NCBI GenBank assembly: GCA_965221905.1
Contig: OZ244922.1
Location: forward strand, 2,560,001-2,624,000
Length of the DNA stretch: 64,000 nt
Direction of reading: 5' to 3'
Source: Chloroflexota bacterium
GTDB lineage: Bacteria > Chloroflexota > UBA11872 > VXOZ01
Shown here: positions 52,030 to 62,033 of the stretch, piece after piece
Layout of the letters: each line of letters opens with the position of its first letter
Numbering within the stretch: position 1 is the stretch's first letter
Notes under the pieces: generated by a model
Databases searched by the model: none
What the model was told of the DNA's origin: nothing
Seen by the model: only the letters and a program-made list of their open reading frames with translations
Made by a program: the position numbers and the translations under genes

Positions 52030-52303
52030 ACGCGAGGTCATAGCGGGTGCGGCAGCCTGTTGATGGGCTGGTCCCTTGCTTCCCTATGGGGCAGTCCGTG
52101 GCTTCCAATGTTGCACGGCTTCAAGCACGCGCCCAATCGTCTATCCCCTCAGACGCAAACTTCGCCCCGGGACCATAGGTAGGAGCCTCTGGCTGATATA
52201 CTGACATTAGAGAAGGAGACCTCAGCCGTGCCGGGAGAGATAGTGGGAGACCTCGAAAGCAGCGCAAACCAAAAATAAGAATATGTGAAAGATTGCCTAT
52301 CCA

Positions 52304-52807
52304 ATGGCCGTGAAGAGTAGAGTATTCTTCAGTTTTCATTACGAAGCCGATGCCTGACGTACAGCCCAAATCCGAAATGCCGGTGTCGTTGAAGGCAATG
52401 AGCCGCTTTCGGATAATGACTGGGAAACTGTCGCTCGGAGTGGTGATGCCGCAATCAGTACATGGATTGATTACCAACTGAATGGAAAGTCTTGCGCTAT
52501 TGTCATGATAGGCAGCAAGACGGCCGGCCGTAAGTGGATCGACTATGAGATTGAGAAAGCCTGGAATGATGGGAAGGGATTGTTGGGCATTTATGTCCAC
52601 AAGCTTAAAAACCGGAATGGGTACCAAGCAAGAAAAGGTCGTAACCCGTTTGAGCATTTCAGTCTTGGGAGCACAAGCCTTTCAACCGTTGTTAGAGCCT
52701 ACGATCCGCCATACTTTCAAAGTACAGACGTTTACGCATACATTACGGAAAACATAGCTAGTTGGGTAGAAGAGGCCATTGGAATTAGGGAGAACCACAG
52801 GGGGTAG
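52304..52807 (+). pseudogene. ThsB-like TIR protein with in-frame TGA at 52355
   Basis: MAVKSRVFFSFHYEADA*RTAQIRN...DNDWETV...WID.QL.GKSC.IVMIG.KTAGRKWIDYEI; TGA falls where such TIRs usually have Trp. Confidence 0.85.
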
Positions 52808-52811
52808 GGTG

Positions 52812-53270
52812 ATGAGCAGTCAGCAACAATTAGGTGCAGACTCTTCTGCCATTCAGACCCACCTAAACATCATGCAAGACGTAATTCGGCGCATGGCGGA
52901 GAACAGCCGCTCGTGCAAAGTGTGGTGCGTCACATTGGTTTCTGCCACTCTGGTCTTGGTGACGAGAACTGAGAACCCGAACCATGCCTTGATTGCTCTA
53001 GTTCCCGCTCTCCTCTTTTATATTCTCGACGCCTACTATCTGGCCTTAGAGCGGTCCTTTATCAAATCATACGACACGTTTGTGGCTAGCTTGCACGAGG
53101 GCAGTTTGGCTTCATCGGCCGTCTACGCGATCAAGCCAACCGGTATGGGGTGGAGAGCAGTTGTTTGGTGTTTCCGGTCTTTCGCGACGCTGCCTTTTTA
53201 CGCTCTATTGACTGTCACTATTGTGCTTGCCTGGTTGGTGATCTTGCCGTCAAGCATAGCCGGAGGGTGA
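52812..53270 (+). CDS. Small membrane protein (about 3 TM), putative TIR-associated effector
   Basis: HL.IMQ.VI.RMA.NS...K.W, LDAYYL..ER.F...Y motifs; hydrophobic segments; sits between two TIR genes. Confidence 0.75.
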   Translation: MSSQQQLGADSSAIQTHLNIMQDVIRRMAENSRSCKVWCVTLVSATLVLVTRTENPNHALIALVPALLFYILDAYYLALERSFIKSYDTFVASLHEGSLASSAVYAIKPTGMGWRAVVWCFRSFATLPFYALLTVTIVLAWLVILPSSIAGG

Positions 53271-53278
53271 GACGAGAC

Positions 53279-53848
53279 ATGGCGAGGCAAGAAATACCGA
53301 GGCACAGGGTCTTCATTAGCTATCATGATAAAGATCGAAAATGGATGGAGCAATTTGTCAGGCAGATGGGCGCACAAATCGTCGACAGATCAGTGAAAGT
53401 CAACAGTATTGACGACCGCAACATCAAGACAGAGACAATTCGACAACAAATACGTGACGACAATTTGAGAGATTCCACCGTCACAATTGTGCTGATAGTC
53501 CCCTGTACGTGGCAGCGAAAGCATGTGGATTGGGAAATAGGTTCTAGTCTTAGAGACACAAAGAAGAACCCAAGAAGTGGACTGCTGGGCATAATCCTTC
53601 CCAACCACCCCAGCTACAAGAGGAAGAACTTTAACCCTCGGCTGTTGCCATCTAGGCTGGCGGATAACTTGGACGGAGAGGACGCCTAAGCGGTTGTTTA
53701 CAAGTGGCCGACTACCTGGGCGCCTGTTCGAATTCGAGGATGGATTCACCGAGCATTCGCGAGAAGGAAAGGCACACCTCCAAACAACAGCAGACTACCG
53801 TTCAAGCAGAATAGACGCACAAAATGCTCCGCTGGATGGAAGAATTAG
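53279..53848 (+). pseudogene. Second TIR (MTH538/DUF1863-like) protein with in-frame TAA at 53687
   Basis: HRVFISYH, IRQQIRD..LRDSTVTIVL, TWQRKHVDWEI, LPSRLADN; frame continues AVVYKW...WIHRAF..R...PNNSR to TAG 53848. Confidence 0.82.
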
Positions 53849-54053
53849 GATGTGCTGGCAATGAAATATCGAGTAATAAATAACCCCATCCCACGCGCTC
53901 AACCCTCTACAAGCTTTCCAACGTAAAATGGCTTAGCAAATTGCCAGCCTAACCGGATGTATTGGAAATTGCAAGTCCCCGGCGAACGGTTGGGCATCAT
54001 GCCATGTCCGCAGTGCGTGCGTTTGACTCTTATCCGCCTTCGGAGGGTCTTCA

Positions 54054-55211
54054 ATGAAATCTAACTCTATTGGAATTCTCTTACTTGGTATCGGCATTTT
54101 GATTCTACTGATTGTGGCCGCTGGGTGTCAGACCGCGCCGGGAGCGTCGCAAGGCACGCAGGAAATCCCGTCCGGGCGGGAGCCGAATGCGGCGGTGAGT
54201 GGGTCGGTAACCTATCGGGAGCGGATTGCGCTGACGCCGGGGGCGAGTCTGGTGGTGGAGTTGCGGGACGTGTCATTGGCCGACGCTGCCGCGCCGTTAA
54301 TTGCGCGGCAGACCATTGCTAATCCGGGTCAAGTGCCGATCGATTTCAAGGTGGAGTATAGCCGCGACGACATCGATTCCCGGCACACCTATGCGATACA
54401 GGCCAGAATTGTCGAAGCCGACGGCCGCCTCGCCTTCATCAACGACACGGCACATCACGTGATAACCCGCGGGAATCCCAGCCGGGTAGACATGCTGCTG
54501 GTGCTGGTGCAGCCGCCGCCCGACCAGGTTGAAGAAGGCGTGGACTGGCGAGAGTGGGTGGAAGTCCCGGTGCCGGTGGTATGGGCGAGCCTCATACCGA
54601 ACGAGACGGAACACTTGCTACGGATTGCCTATTATCAGTCCACCATAGAAGGGTGCGCCCGCCCCGGAAACGAGGAACTTAGAGTAGACGGCAAAGACAT
54701 CGTTGCCACGGTTACATTGATGCAGCCGCCGCCAACCAAGTGGGCGATTCCCTGCCATAAGCAGGTGGTGGAACTCGACACCGTTCTGCCCATCCAGGCC
54801 TCGCTGGGACCCGGACAGTCTTACCGCGTGATCGTGAACGACCGCGTGACCGGCGCCTTCTCTCTGCCGCGACCCGAGCTCGAGGATACTGCCCTCGCCG
54901 AATCACCAATTGAAGATGTGGAGATTATGGTGCTGGAAGGCGACCCTAAGGAGTATCAACTGCGCATCGTGTCCGCCATGCCGCAAGGTAGTAGCTGCTC
55001 GCAGTTCAACGGTTACGAAATCCGGCGCAGCAAGTCCAATTCGATAGACATCATCGTTACTCACCACTACGTTGCAGCGAAGAATGTCATCTGCACCACC
55101 GACTATCCGATAGTGGAAACCATCGTCCCGCTGGGCTCCGAATTCGAGCCGGGTATGGAATACACCGTTAGCGTCAATGGAGACACTACCACATCATTCG
55201 TGGCCCGGTGA
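54054..55211 (+). CDS. YbaY/YscW-family lipoprotein with two Cys-containing C-terminal domains
   Basis: AAGC lipobox; VSGSVTYRERIAL.P, L.DVSLADA, GQVPI.F. Confidence 0.8.
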   Translation: MKSNSIGILLLGIGILILLIVAAGCQTAPGASQGTQEIPSGREPNAAVSGSVTYRERIALTPGASLVVELRDVSLADAAAPLIARQTIANPGQVPIDFKVEYSRDDIDSRHTYAIQARIVEADGRLAFINDTAHHVITRGNPSRVDMLLVLVQPPPDQVEEGVDWREWVEVPVPVVWASLIPNETEHLLRIAYYQSTIEGCARPGNEELRVDGKDIVATVTLMQPPPTKWAIPCHKQVVELDTVLPIQASLGPGQSYRVIVNDRVTGAFSLPRPELEDTALAESPIEDVEIMVLEGDPKEYQLRIVSAMPQGSSCSQFNGYEIRRSKSNSIDIIVTHHYVAAKNVICTTDYPIVETIVPLGSEFEPGMEYTVSVNGDTTTSFVAR

Positions 55212-55604
55212 TTGAATCTTTCCCATTCGCGATTGCGTTACCAGCCTACCGAGATTCCAGCAAACGAGCTGACCGCGTTGCCATGCCACATCTTATTGGC
55301 GACAGCACGCCAACAGACAACGGTGCAAGAACCCAATTGGCCTTCCCATCTTCCAGAGTCCTGAGGGAGTAGGCGGTCCGTGCTTTATGCTCACTATCTC
55401 GATACTCCGTTGCGCTATAATCAGTCCATCTTGCTTTAGGGCTACTTATCCCGCATCCTGGCGGAGTTCCTCAACCCCAATCCAGCGCATTGACTGCACC
55501 AGTTCACAAATAGCAACAAACATGATGCCCGAATGCCTCATGTGCAAGGACTAGGGCAAAACCAACCAGCAGCGGCCCCACAACAAGGGGGCCAGGGAGG
55601 TCAC

Positions 55605-56195
55605 ATGACAGATCTTACGCAGTTCCCGGAACTCTACGTTCGGCAGGAAATCGAGCACCTTGAGGTCTTTACGGGCTTTGAGACCGCAAATCGCTATAGC
55701 GTGAGAACTCCCAGCGGTGAGCAACTCCTGTATGCCTTCGAGGAATCAAGCATGCTGGGTCGCAACATCCTCAAGTCGCACCGCCCCCTCAACATCCACG
55801 TCGTCGATAGAAACAACGCAAATGTGATTACAGCCAGCCGCAGCTTCTATTGGTTCTTCGCCCATTTGCACGTCAGCGACGGATCGGGACAGCGCATCGG
55901 CTCAATGCAGCGGCGGTTCTCTCTCTTGACCCGCCGCTTCGACCTGATGGACGCCGCCGGCCGACCGGTAGCCGAAATGCGCGGCCCGATATTTCGTCCC
56001 TTCACGTTTATGGTCTACCAGCAGGGGCAGGAAGTAGGCCGCGTCACGAAGCAGTGGAGCGGAGTCGGCAGAGAGATGTTCACCGACGCCGATACGTTCA
56101 AAGTGGAAGTGGACACCAGCCACGCCGACCAAGACTTCTCACTGCTCATGCTGGCCAGTGCCCTCGCGATTGATCTGGACTTCTTTGAAAAATAG
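55605..56195 (+). CDS. Phospholipid scramblase/LURP-one (Tubby-C) family protein
   Basis: GGAGG RBS; GFETANRY, VGRVTKQWSGVGREMFTDADTF, IDLDFFE. Confidence 0.85.
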   Translation: MTDLTQFPELYVRQEIEHLEVFTGFETANRYSVRTPSGEQLLYAFEESSMLGRNILKSHRPLNIHVVDRNNANVITASRSFYWFFAHLHVSDGSGQRIGSMQRRFSLLTRRFDLMDAAGRPVAEMRGPIFRPFTFMVYQQGQEVGRVTKQWSGVGREMFTDADTFKVEVDTSHADQDFSLLMLASALAIDLDFFEK

Positions 56196-56600
56196 TAAAG
56201 GGCACCCTTGGGACGAGTCCCAGGCGCGCTCATAGTCAGTTGACTAGATTGTCAGACTGACGACCAGTCCGCCGCGACGGCCAGATCAACGCGAGTGGGC
56301 CACCCTCCATGGCGAGGCGTGACATGCTTGGGGAGTAGGGTAGCTGGAAGAGTGTGTGGGGCAATGGCTCCGACAGTATAGCGGTTCTTCGGTTGAGGTG
56401 TAGTGAACTACAAGCCTCGATCTGTTCTTGGTGGTTCGAATCTAGCCTGGCGCATCCGGATTGGGATTCTGATGTCGCACTGGCACTGTCATGCTCTAAG
56501 AGCTAGTGAATGCATGGTTTCAATTCAAGGGTACCATAGCCTATACTGGGTTAGTAGTGATGGAGCAACTTCCGCTTCTATTCTCTTTGGGAGGTGCCCA

Positions 56601-57989
56601 GTGCCTATTACTAGCCTTAGCTTCACCAACGTCGGCCCATTTGACGAGGTCGAATTCTCCTTTGACTCGCAGGTCAACATCTTCACCGGACCGAATAATT
56701 CTGGGAAGTCGTCGGCGTTGTGGGTGCTTGGAGATATCGCAGTCTTTCCCTTCTTATTCCCCAAAAAACTTATGAGAACGGGAAAAGACTCTACGTTTGA
56801 ATTTCATATACGGGGTGACTCTGATCACAATTTTAATGGTCACCTGCCGATCTACGCCGCCTCACCCGACAGTGTCAAGGGATACTGGACTACAGAGCGC
56901 TGGTCCCAATACATTGGTGTCCTGAAGGTGATTGGATATTCAAAATTCATTCCGGCATTGCGACGGAGTACCGATTTCAGATCGCCGGGGCCGACAGTAG
57001 TGAAAAGAGAGCATGTTGAGGGGGAGCAACTGTCGTTGTTGGGCGGCCCCAAGTCTCGTTTGCAACACCTCCCTACGAAGTTGGCTAGAGATCTGGGAAG
57101 AGCCGAACACCAGCAAGACCCTGAGTTGAAAAAACGGCTTGCACTGATCTCCGACGACCCCTCTCTGATCAGCGACGAGGCTGTCATACAGAAAATTGTC
57201 GAACTGGACTACCGATCCTACTTGAAGCAAAAACCAGAATTGCGCAATATTATTGACAAGATCGCAGAGGTGGCTTCCGATATTGCCAAGGGCTTTCCAA
57301 TCGAGTTCCGAGGTGTAGATGAGGATGCCAGTGGTTTTTTCCCCGAATTTACTACACTGGATGGGACCATCCCCCTCAACACCATGAGCCAAGGGACCCA
57401 ATCTCTAGTCCAATGGTTAGCGCACCTGTTAATTGGCTATGGAGAGTACTATGACTTTCCTGAGAATCTGGAAGCCTTGCCAGGAATCCTGATTGTCGAC
57501 GAAATAGATGCCCATCTACACCCCTCCTGGCAGCAGCGCATCATTCCTACTCTAACCCGTCACTTTCCCAACCTTCAGATCTTTTGCTCCACCCATTCTC
57601 CCTTGATGTTGGCAGGCCTTAAAGAGGGACAGGTCCAACTTCTGCAACGAGATGAAAAGGGGAAGGTGACCGTATCGAGAAACGAAGTTGACATAGTTGG
57701 TTGGTCGGCAGACGAAATCCTGCGCAGCTATTTGGGCGTGGCTGACCCTACCGATTTGGACACGGTTGGCCACCTCGAGAGACTTCAAGAGTTGCGGGGC
57801 AAAGAAGGATTGTCCTCAGAGGAAGCACAGGAGTTGGAAATGCTGCGCCACGCAGTTAGGCGAGACTTGCTGAGTGGCCCGATGTCCGCTCAGATAGAGC
57901 GCTTTGATGAGGAACTAATGCGATCCAAAAGAGAATTCAGTCTTAGAGAAAAACCACTTTCTTCCTCTAGAGAATCACCAAGTGACTGA
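56601..57989 (+). CDS. AAA/ABC-type ATPase, PtuA-like
   Basis: GTG start after GGAGG; GPNNSGKS Walker A, MSQG signature, LIVDEIDAHLHPSWQ, STHSP. Confidence 0.85.
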   Translation: MPITSLSFTNVGPFDEVEFSFDSQVNIFTGPNNSGKSSALWVLGDIAVFPFLFPKKLMRTGKDSTFEFHIRGDSDHNFNGHLPIYAASPDSVKGYWTTERWSQYIGVLKVIGYSKFIPALRRSTDFRSPGPTVVKREHVEGEQLSLLGGPKSRLQHLPTKLARDLGRAEHQQDPELKKRLALISDDPSLISDEAVIQKIVELDYRSYLKQKPELRNIIDKIAEVASDIAKGFPIEFRGVDEDASGFFPEFTTLDGTIPLNTMSQGTQSLVQWLAHLLIGYGEYYDFPENLEALPGILIVDEIDAHLHPSWQQRIIPTLTRHFPNLQIFCSTHSPLMLAGLKEGQVQLLQRDEKGKVTVSRNEVDIVGWSADEILRSYLGVADPTDLDTVGHLERLQELRGKEGLSSEEAQELEMLRHAVRRDLLSGPMSAQIERFDEELMRSKREFSLREKPLSSSRESPSD

Positions 57990-58006
57990 AGGACGCCAAG
58001 CTAATA

Positions 58007-58678
58007 ATGCACTGGATTGACCGTGGTCCTGAGCCGGATGGGATAGTACAGATCCATGCTCGTTACACACAGAGTTGGGTTCAACACTACAGGCATCGCG
58101 TTGGACGTAAACCGAGTGATAACTACTGGCGTGACTTCCATAACGACATGGAGCGAGTCTTTTGCGGCCTTTGTGCTTACTGTGAGGAGTTATGCAAGGG
58201 GGAAGTTGACCATTTCCGCCCCAAGAGTCGCTTCCCTGAGTTGGTCTATACTTGGTCCAATTGGCTTTTTGCCTGTCATGACTGTAATCAGGCCAAAGGC
58301 GGGAGGTGGCCTACAGAAGGTTTTGTTGACCCATGTGCAACTTCCAAGCAATCCCACCCTGAAAGCTACTTCGAATTTGATGTTCTAACGGCAGAAGTGC
58401 TTCCCAGAGAAGGCTTAAGCCAGTCGCGCCGCAATAGAGCGCAAAAGACAATTACAGACCTTCGGCTCAATGGGCGGCATCACCTAAGAAAAAGGCTCGC
58501 ATGGCTTCTGTTGCTATCTGATAGTCTCACAAGTGATGCAACTGCCGAAACCCCCGATAAGAAGAGTTTTCGCGACCATTTTGCATCGCGTGGAACACAG
58601 CTATCCAGCATCACACGGGCTTGGTTGTCGCAACGGGGTTTTTCAATAGACAATCGAAGTAAATTACAGAACTCCTAA
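58007..58678 (+). CDS. HNH endonuclease, PtuB-like
   Basis: CAYCE, VDHFRPKS.FPEL.Y.W.N...AC..CNQAK, A.KTI..L.LN. Confidence 0.87.
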   Translation: MHWIDRGPEPDGIVQIHARYTQSWVQHYRHRVGRKPSDNYWRDFHNDMERVFCGLCAYCEELCKGEVDHFRPKSRFPELVYTWSNWLFACHDCNQAKGGRWPTEGFVDPCATSKQSHPESYFEFDVLTAEVLPREGLSQSRRNRAQKTITDLRLNGRHHLRKRLAWLLLLSDSLTSDATAETPDKKSFRDHFASRGTQLSSITRAWLSQRGFSIDNRSKLQNS

Positions 58679-59250
58679 TTGATTAGTGGTGAACTTGGCG
58701 GGGTTGCAAGCTTTCGCCGCGGTCAGTGCGTTCAACAGCGGAAGCATTCACCGCAGGCCCTCATTCCAAGAGCAAAGCCACAGAAAATTCGTAGAACAGT
58801 CCCCCCTAGTCTCACTGAACTACGTAAGCCCAAAAGCCCTAGTATTGGGGTCTAGCCTAGCGGTGCAGAGAAGGGGTTATATCGACGCTTCGAGCTACTG
58901 TTGTTAGAAGAGTCAGTTTTGCCCAGAGTCTTCCCGTCTGCGCTCACAACTGTTTCATATACGGTCATCTCTCCAGGCCTTGGCAGACCCTAACTTCCTC
59001 TAGCCCGTGCGGGTCATTGATGCACGAGAACCAATTGGCGCGCTCGTGTAACCCGACAGTTCTGCGGCAAAGAGCCATGGGACGGCGCCGGCACTAGCCA
59101 CCTAATGGAACTACCTTCACGCCCTCGATCCTACCAACATCTGTGAAGCACCACACGCCGACGTGGCCGCGCAGCAGGTCTCCGTTCTCGTCCCAGTCCA
59201 GAGTTGTGGAAGTGCCTTAGTAGTAGATCTCGCCCTCACTCTCCAGCACC

Positions 59251-60072
59251 TCATGGCTTCGTTCCCATGCATTCGCCAAAGGCAAGTGCTGCAAAGCATC
59301 CGGGCGTATCTCTCCACTCCTCGAGGTCACTGCGCCATTCGTCGAATTGCTCGCGCGTGGCCAGACCATACTTTATCGCCGCCGCCACGACAGCAGGCGC
59401 ATGGAACCAGTCCAATACAAACTGAAAGAAAAAAACAACATCCTGAGGCGTGCCAAACGAGTCGAAGGAAGCGCTTGCCCGTACGTCAGCAAAGCCCGCC
59501 TCAAGAAAGTGATTCCTTAGCTCTTTTCCTATTTCGGGATGACCGCCATTGCCCGCGAGCAATCTCGCAAACGTGTTCCATGCAGGGCGAGTTTTTTCCT
59601 CACGCGGCTCAAAAAACGATGCGGAGACAATGAGCTCTCGACTAAAGATGAGGCCGCCCGGTTTCAAGACCCGTTTTGCCTCCCTTAGCACCGCAGCGGT
59701 ATCGGGGACGTGCGTGAGCACGGTGTGGCAAAAGGAAACGTCGAAGTAGCCGTCTTCAAAAGGCAGCTTGGTCACGTCGCCCACGTGAAACGTGGCGTTA
59801 TCGTGACCGCCGCCCTTGGCCGCCGAACGGGCAATGGCAATCTGGGATTCTTCCATATCAACACCGTGAAACTCTCCGGGTTCCACCGCCCTGGCGAGAC
59901 CCATCGAAATCGTCCCCGGTCCACAGCCAAAGTCCAGCAGGCGCTGGCCCGACTTGAGGTGGGGAAGCAGCCTCGCAGCGTTTGTCTGGGCGCTGCGTCT
60001 ATCGAGAAGCTGAGTAAACTCTTCTCCATATCCCATAGTGTAAGAGGATTGACCCGTAGCCTGATCCGACAT
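59251..60072 (-). CDS. Class I SAM-dependent methyltransferase
   Basis: LLDFGCGPG, LPFEDGYFD, RVLKPGG. Confidence 0.9.
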   Translation of the reverse strand: MSDQATGQSSYTMGYGEEFTQLLDRRSAQTNAARLLPHLKSGQRLLDFGCGPGTISMGLARAVEPGEFHGVDMEESQIAIARSAAKGGGHDNATFHVGDVTKLPFEDGYFDVSFCHTVLTHVPDTAAVLREAKRVLKPGGLIFSRELIVSASFFEPREEKTRPAWNTFARLLAGNGGHPEIGKELRNHFLEAGFADVRASASFDSFGTPQDVVFFFQFVLDWFHAPAVVAAAIKYGLATREQFDEWRSDLEEWRDTPGCFAALAFGECMGTKP

Positions 60073-60583
60073 AGCTCGCGCTCCTTTGCAGCTCGCTACA
60101 AGATTAGCTCGAAGGACAATGGGTACGCTAGAAGATGCAACTATCTTAAGTGTTGCCTCTCATTCTGTCTATGCCTTATGCCGTGGTTACAGCGTATCCG
60201 CTTCAGCAGAACGCCAGCCGATCCTGGGCCGCCACCTATTTCCTTTGATGTGAAGAAGACACGGATAGACAACGATCTGAAGCTCGTCTACACTCCGATA
60301 ATCCGCAACAGTGCGCAGTTGCAGAATGTAGTCTCGCGCGGCGATTACAAATGCGGTAGACTGATTCTTAGGGGGAAGTGCGGCCTCTCCAGAGTTGCGC
60401 AGCTTGCCGGAAGTGCCTCCATTAGGGAATCTCTCTCGTGAATGGATCGAAGCACTATGGTTATGGTGTTTTTGCAGGAACTGCCGGCCCCTCATTCTCC
60501 CGCAAATCCTCGTCTGAAGTGGGACAGCGAGTCAAACTGCAACACTCTGCGTTGGCACACAGCAACTTACTTGGGAGGAATCC

Positions 60584-61006
60584 ATGCCGCTCAATGTGTA
60601 TCTGACCTTCGAAGACAACTGCCGTGAGGTATTCGATTTCTACCGTTCCGTCTTTGGCGGCGAGTACTTGATCATTCAGACATTTGGGGACGGACCCGCC
60701 GATATGGGGATACTGGACTCGGAACGGGACAGGATCATGCACGCGACTATTTCTATCGGGGACAGCTTCCTTATGGGCAGCGACTCGGCATCCAGTTTCG
60801 CGCCCCCACCAACCGTGGGCGACAACTTCTCCCTCTCCTATACGTCGTCGAGCAGAGAAGAGGCCGATGAGTTGTTCGCCAAGCTGTCCACTGACGGTAC
60901 GGTAACCATGCCGCTGCAAGAAACCTTTTGGGGGTCGTATTTTGGTTCCTGCACCGACAAGTTCGGCATCAATTGGCAATTGGACCACGAATTGACCGTG
61001 GAGTGA
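60584..61006 (+). CDS. VOC/PhnB family protein
   Basis: YLTF...C.E..DFY.SVFG, IMHA, MPLQETFWG..FG..TDKFGINW. Confidence 0.9.
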   Translation: MPLNVYLTFEDNCREVFDFYRSVFGGEYLIIQTFGDGPADMGILDSERDRIMHATISIGDSFLMGSDSASSFAPPPTVGDNFSLSYTSSSREEADELFAKLSTDGTVTMPLQETFWGSYFGSCTDKFGINWQLDHELTVE

Positions 61007-61294
61007 TGCGGGTAAACGACAAGATATACGTCCCGTTGGCATCCTGTTTGCTTTGCGGAAGTCTGAAGTGGAAGGCGAACTGTAACCCAGCTAACTTTGT
61101 GCTGACTTGAGAATTGTAATGCGTCTAAGAAGGCCCAAGCAGCTACATATCACATGACGCCATAGGCAGGAACACTATAGACGAATGGGCCCAACGAGAT
61201 CCGAATATAAGAGTGGTCGCTGGAGTTCCACCGACACTGTTGGCCAAGAACAAGACAGGAGTATCTCATTCGACACCTCTTAGCGACCCTCGCT

Positions 61295-61705
61295 ATGATT
61301 GGCCTCGCTCTAGTTCTAGCGCTTGCAGGCTGCAGTTACGGCGGCACCGAGTCTGGCGAGCACAGCGGTAGCGAGTCAGGCGAGCACAACGGTGGCTCTG
61401 AATCCAGTGAGGAGGGTGAGGAGTCTGGCACCCAGCTCAGCTTGAGCGAAACATTCGACGAAGTGCGGGCCGGCGCGCGGCTGATCCTATCATACGACGC
61501 CGACGCCAACGCCTTCACCGGCACCGTAGAAAACACCACCGATGCCACCCTTAAGCAGGTCCGCGTCGAAGTGCATCTCTCGAACGGAACTGAACTCGGC
61601 CCCACCACTCCGTTCGATCTCGCTCCCGGTCAGGCGGCCGCCATCACCTTTCTGGCTACCACTGAACAATTCACATCCTGGAGTGCTCACCTCGAAGTCG
61701 GCTGA
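61295..61705 (+). CDS. Small lipoprotein with Gly/Glu/Ser linker and Ig-like (FxLYD-type) domain
   Basis: LAGC lipobox; ESGEH repeats; FTGTVENTT...VRVEVHL. Confidence 0.65.
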   Translation: MIGLALVLALAGCSYGGTESGEHSGSESGEHNGGSESSEEGEESGTQLSLSETFDEVRAGARLILSYDADANAFTGTVENTTDATLKQVRVEVHLSNGTELGPTTPFDLAPGQAAAITFLATTEQFTSWSAHLEVG

Positions 61706-61869
61706 CTCGTGACTGAGACTTAGCAGCGTTGTTAAATGGAAAATACGGAGGGGTTATCGGCCATCAGGGTGACCAACCTTTTGCAGATGAAGAGAGAGGC
61801 AGTCTACCAATCCAGTCACTCCCGCGAAAGCCAAATAGGCCCGTTATTACCGTGAGAACCACAATGAGT

Positions 61870-61897
61870 CCGTCATTCCCGTGAAAACGGGAATCCA
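61870..61897 (+). repeat. CGTC-tagged REP (ATTCCC-N8-GGGAAT); partial second copy at 61815-61831
   Basis: CCGTCATTCCCGTGAAAACGGGAATCCA. Confidence 0.75.
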
Positions 61898-61943
61898 CAG
61901 AGTTGGGAGTAATTGCTGCCCTGGAAGGTCATCAGCCCTAAGA

Positions 61944-61984
61944 TTGACAGGGCCCGTGCCAGTGTATAATGCGCGGACGGGCCC
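61944..61984 (+). promoter_or_regulatory. Candidate promoter with the -10 box flanked by an inverted repeat
   Basis: TTGACA and TATAAT (short 15-bp spacer); GGGCCCGT...ACGGGCCC flanks the -10. Confidence 0.4.
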
Positions 61985-62033
61985 GCACACGTAGCGAATC
62001 TTCTTGAAACAGTAGCTGTGATGGAATGACCCA

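Noticed and set aside
44934-53689. Stop-codon reassignment or readthrough (TGA=Trp, TAG=Pyl)
   Set aside because: The three interruptions use three different stops, and TGA/TAG terminate many normal genes here; decay is simpler
56200-56600. Retron ncRNA or tRNA remnant upstream of PtuA (GGTTCGAATC, TGGCGCATCCGG)
   Set aside because: No RT gene, no convincing terminal inverted repeats or cloverleaf; matches too short
56403-56600. N-terminal extension of the ATPase ORF
   Set aside because: A GTG with GGAGG at 56601 precedes the expected first strand and Walker A; the upstream frame looks non-coding
58795-58820. attR copy of the tRNA-Ala 3' end (GTCCCCCCTAGTCTCAC)
   Set aside because: Similarity to ATCCCCCTCGGTCCACCA is too weak to call
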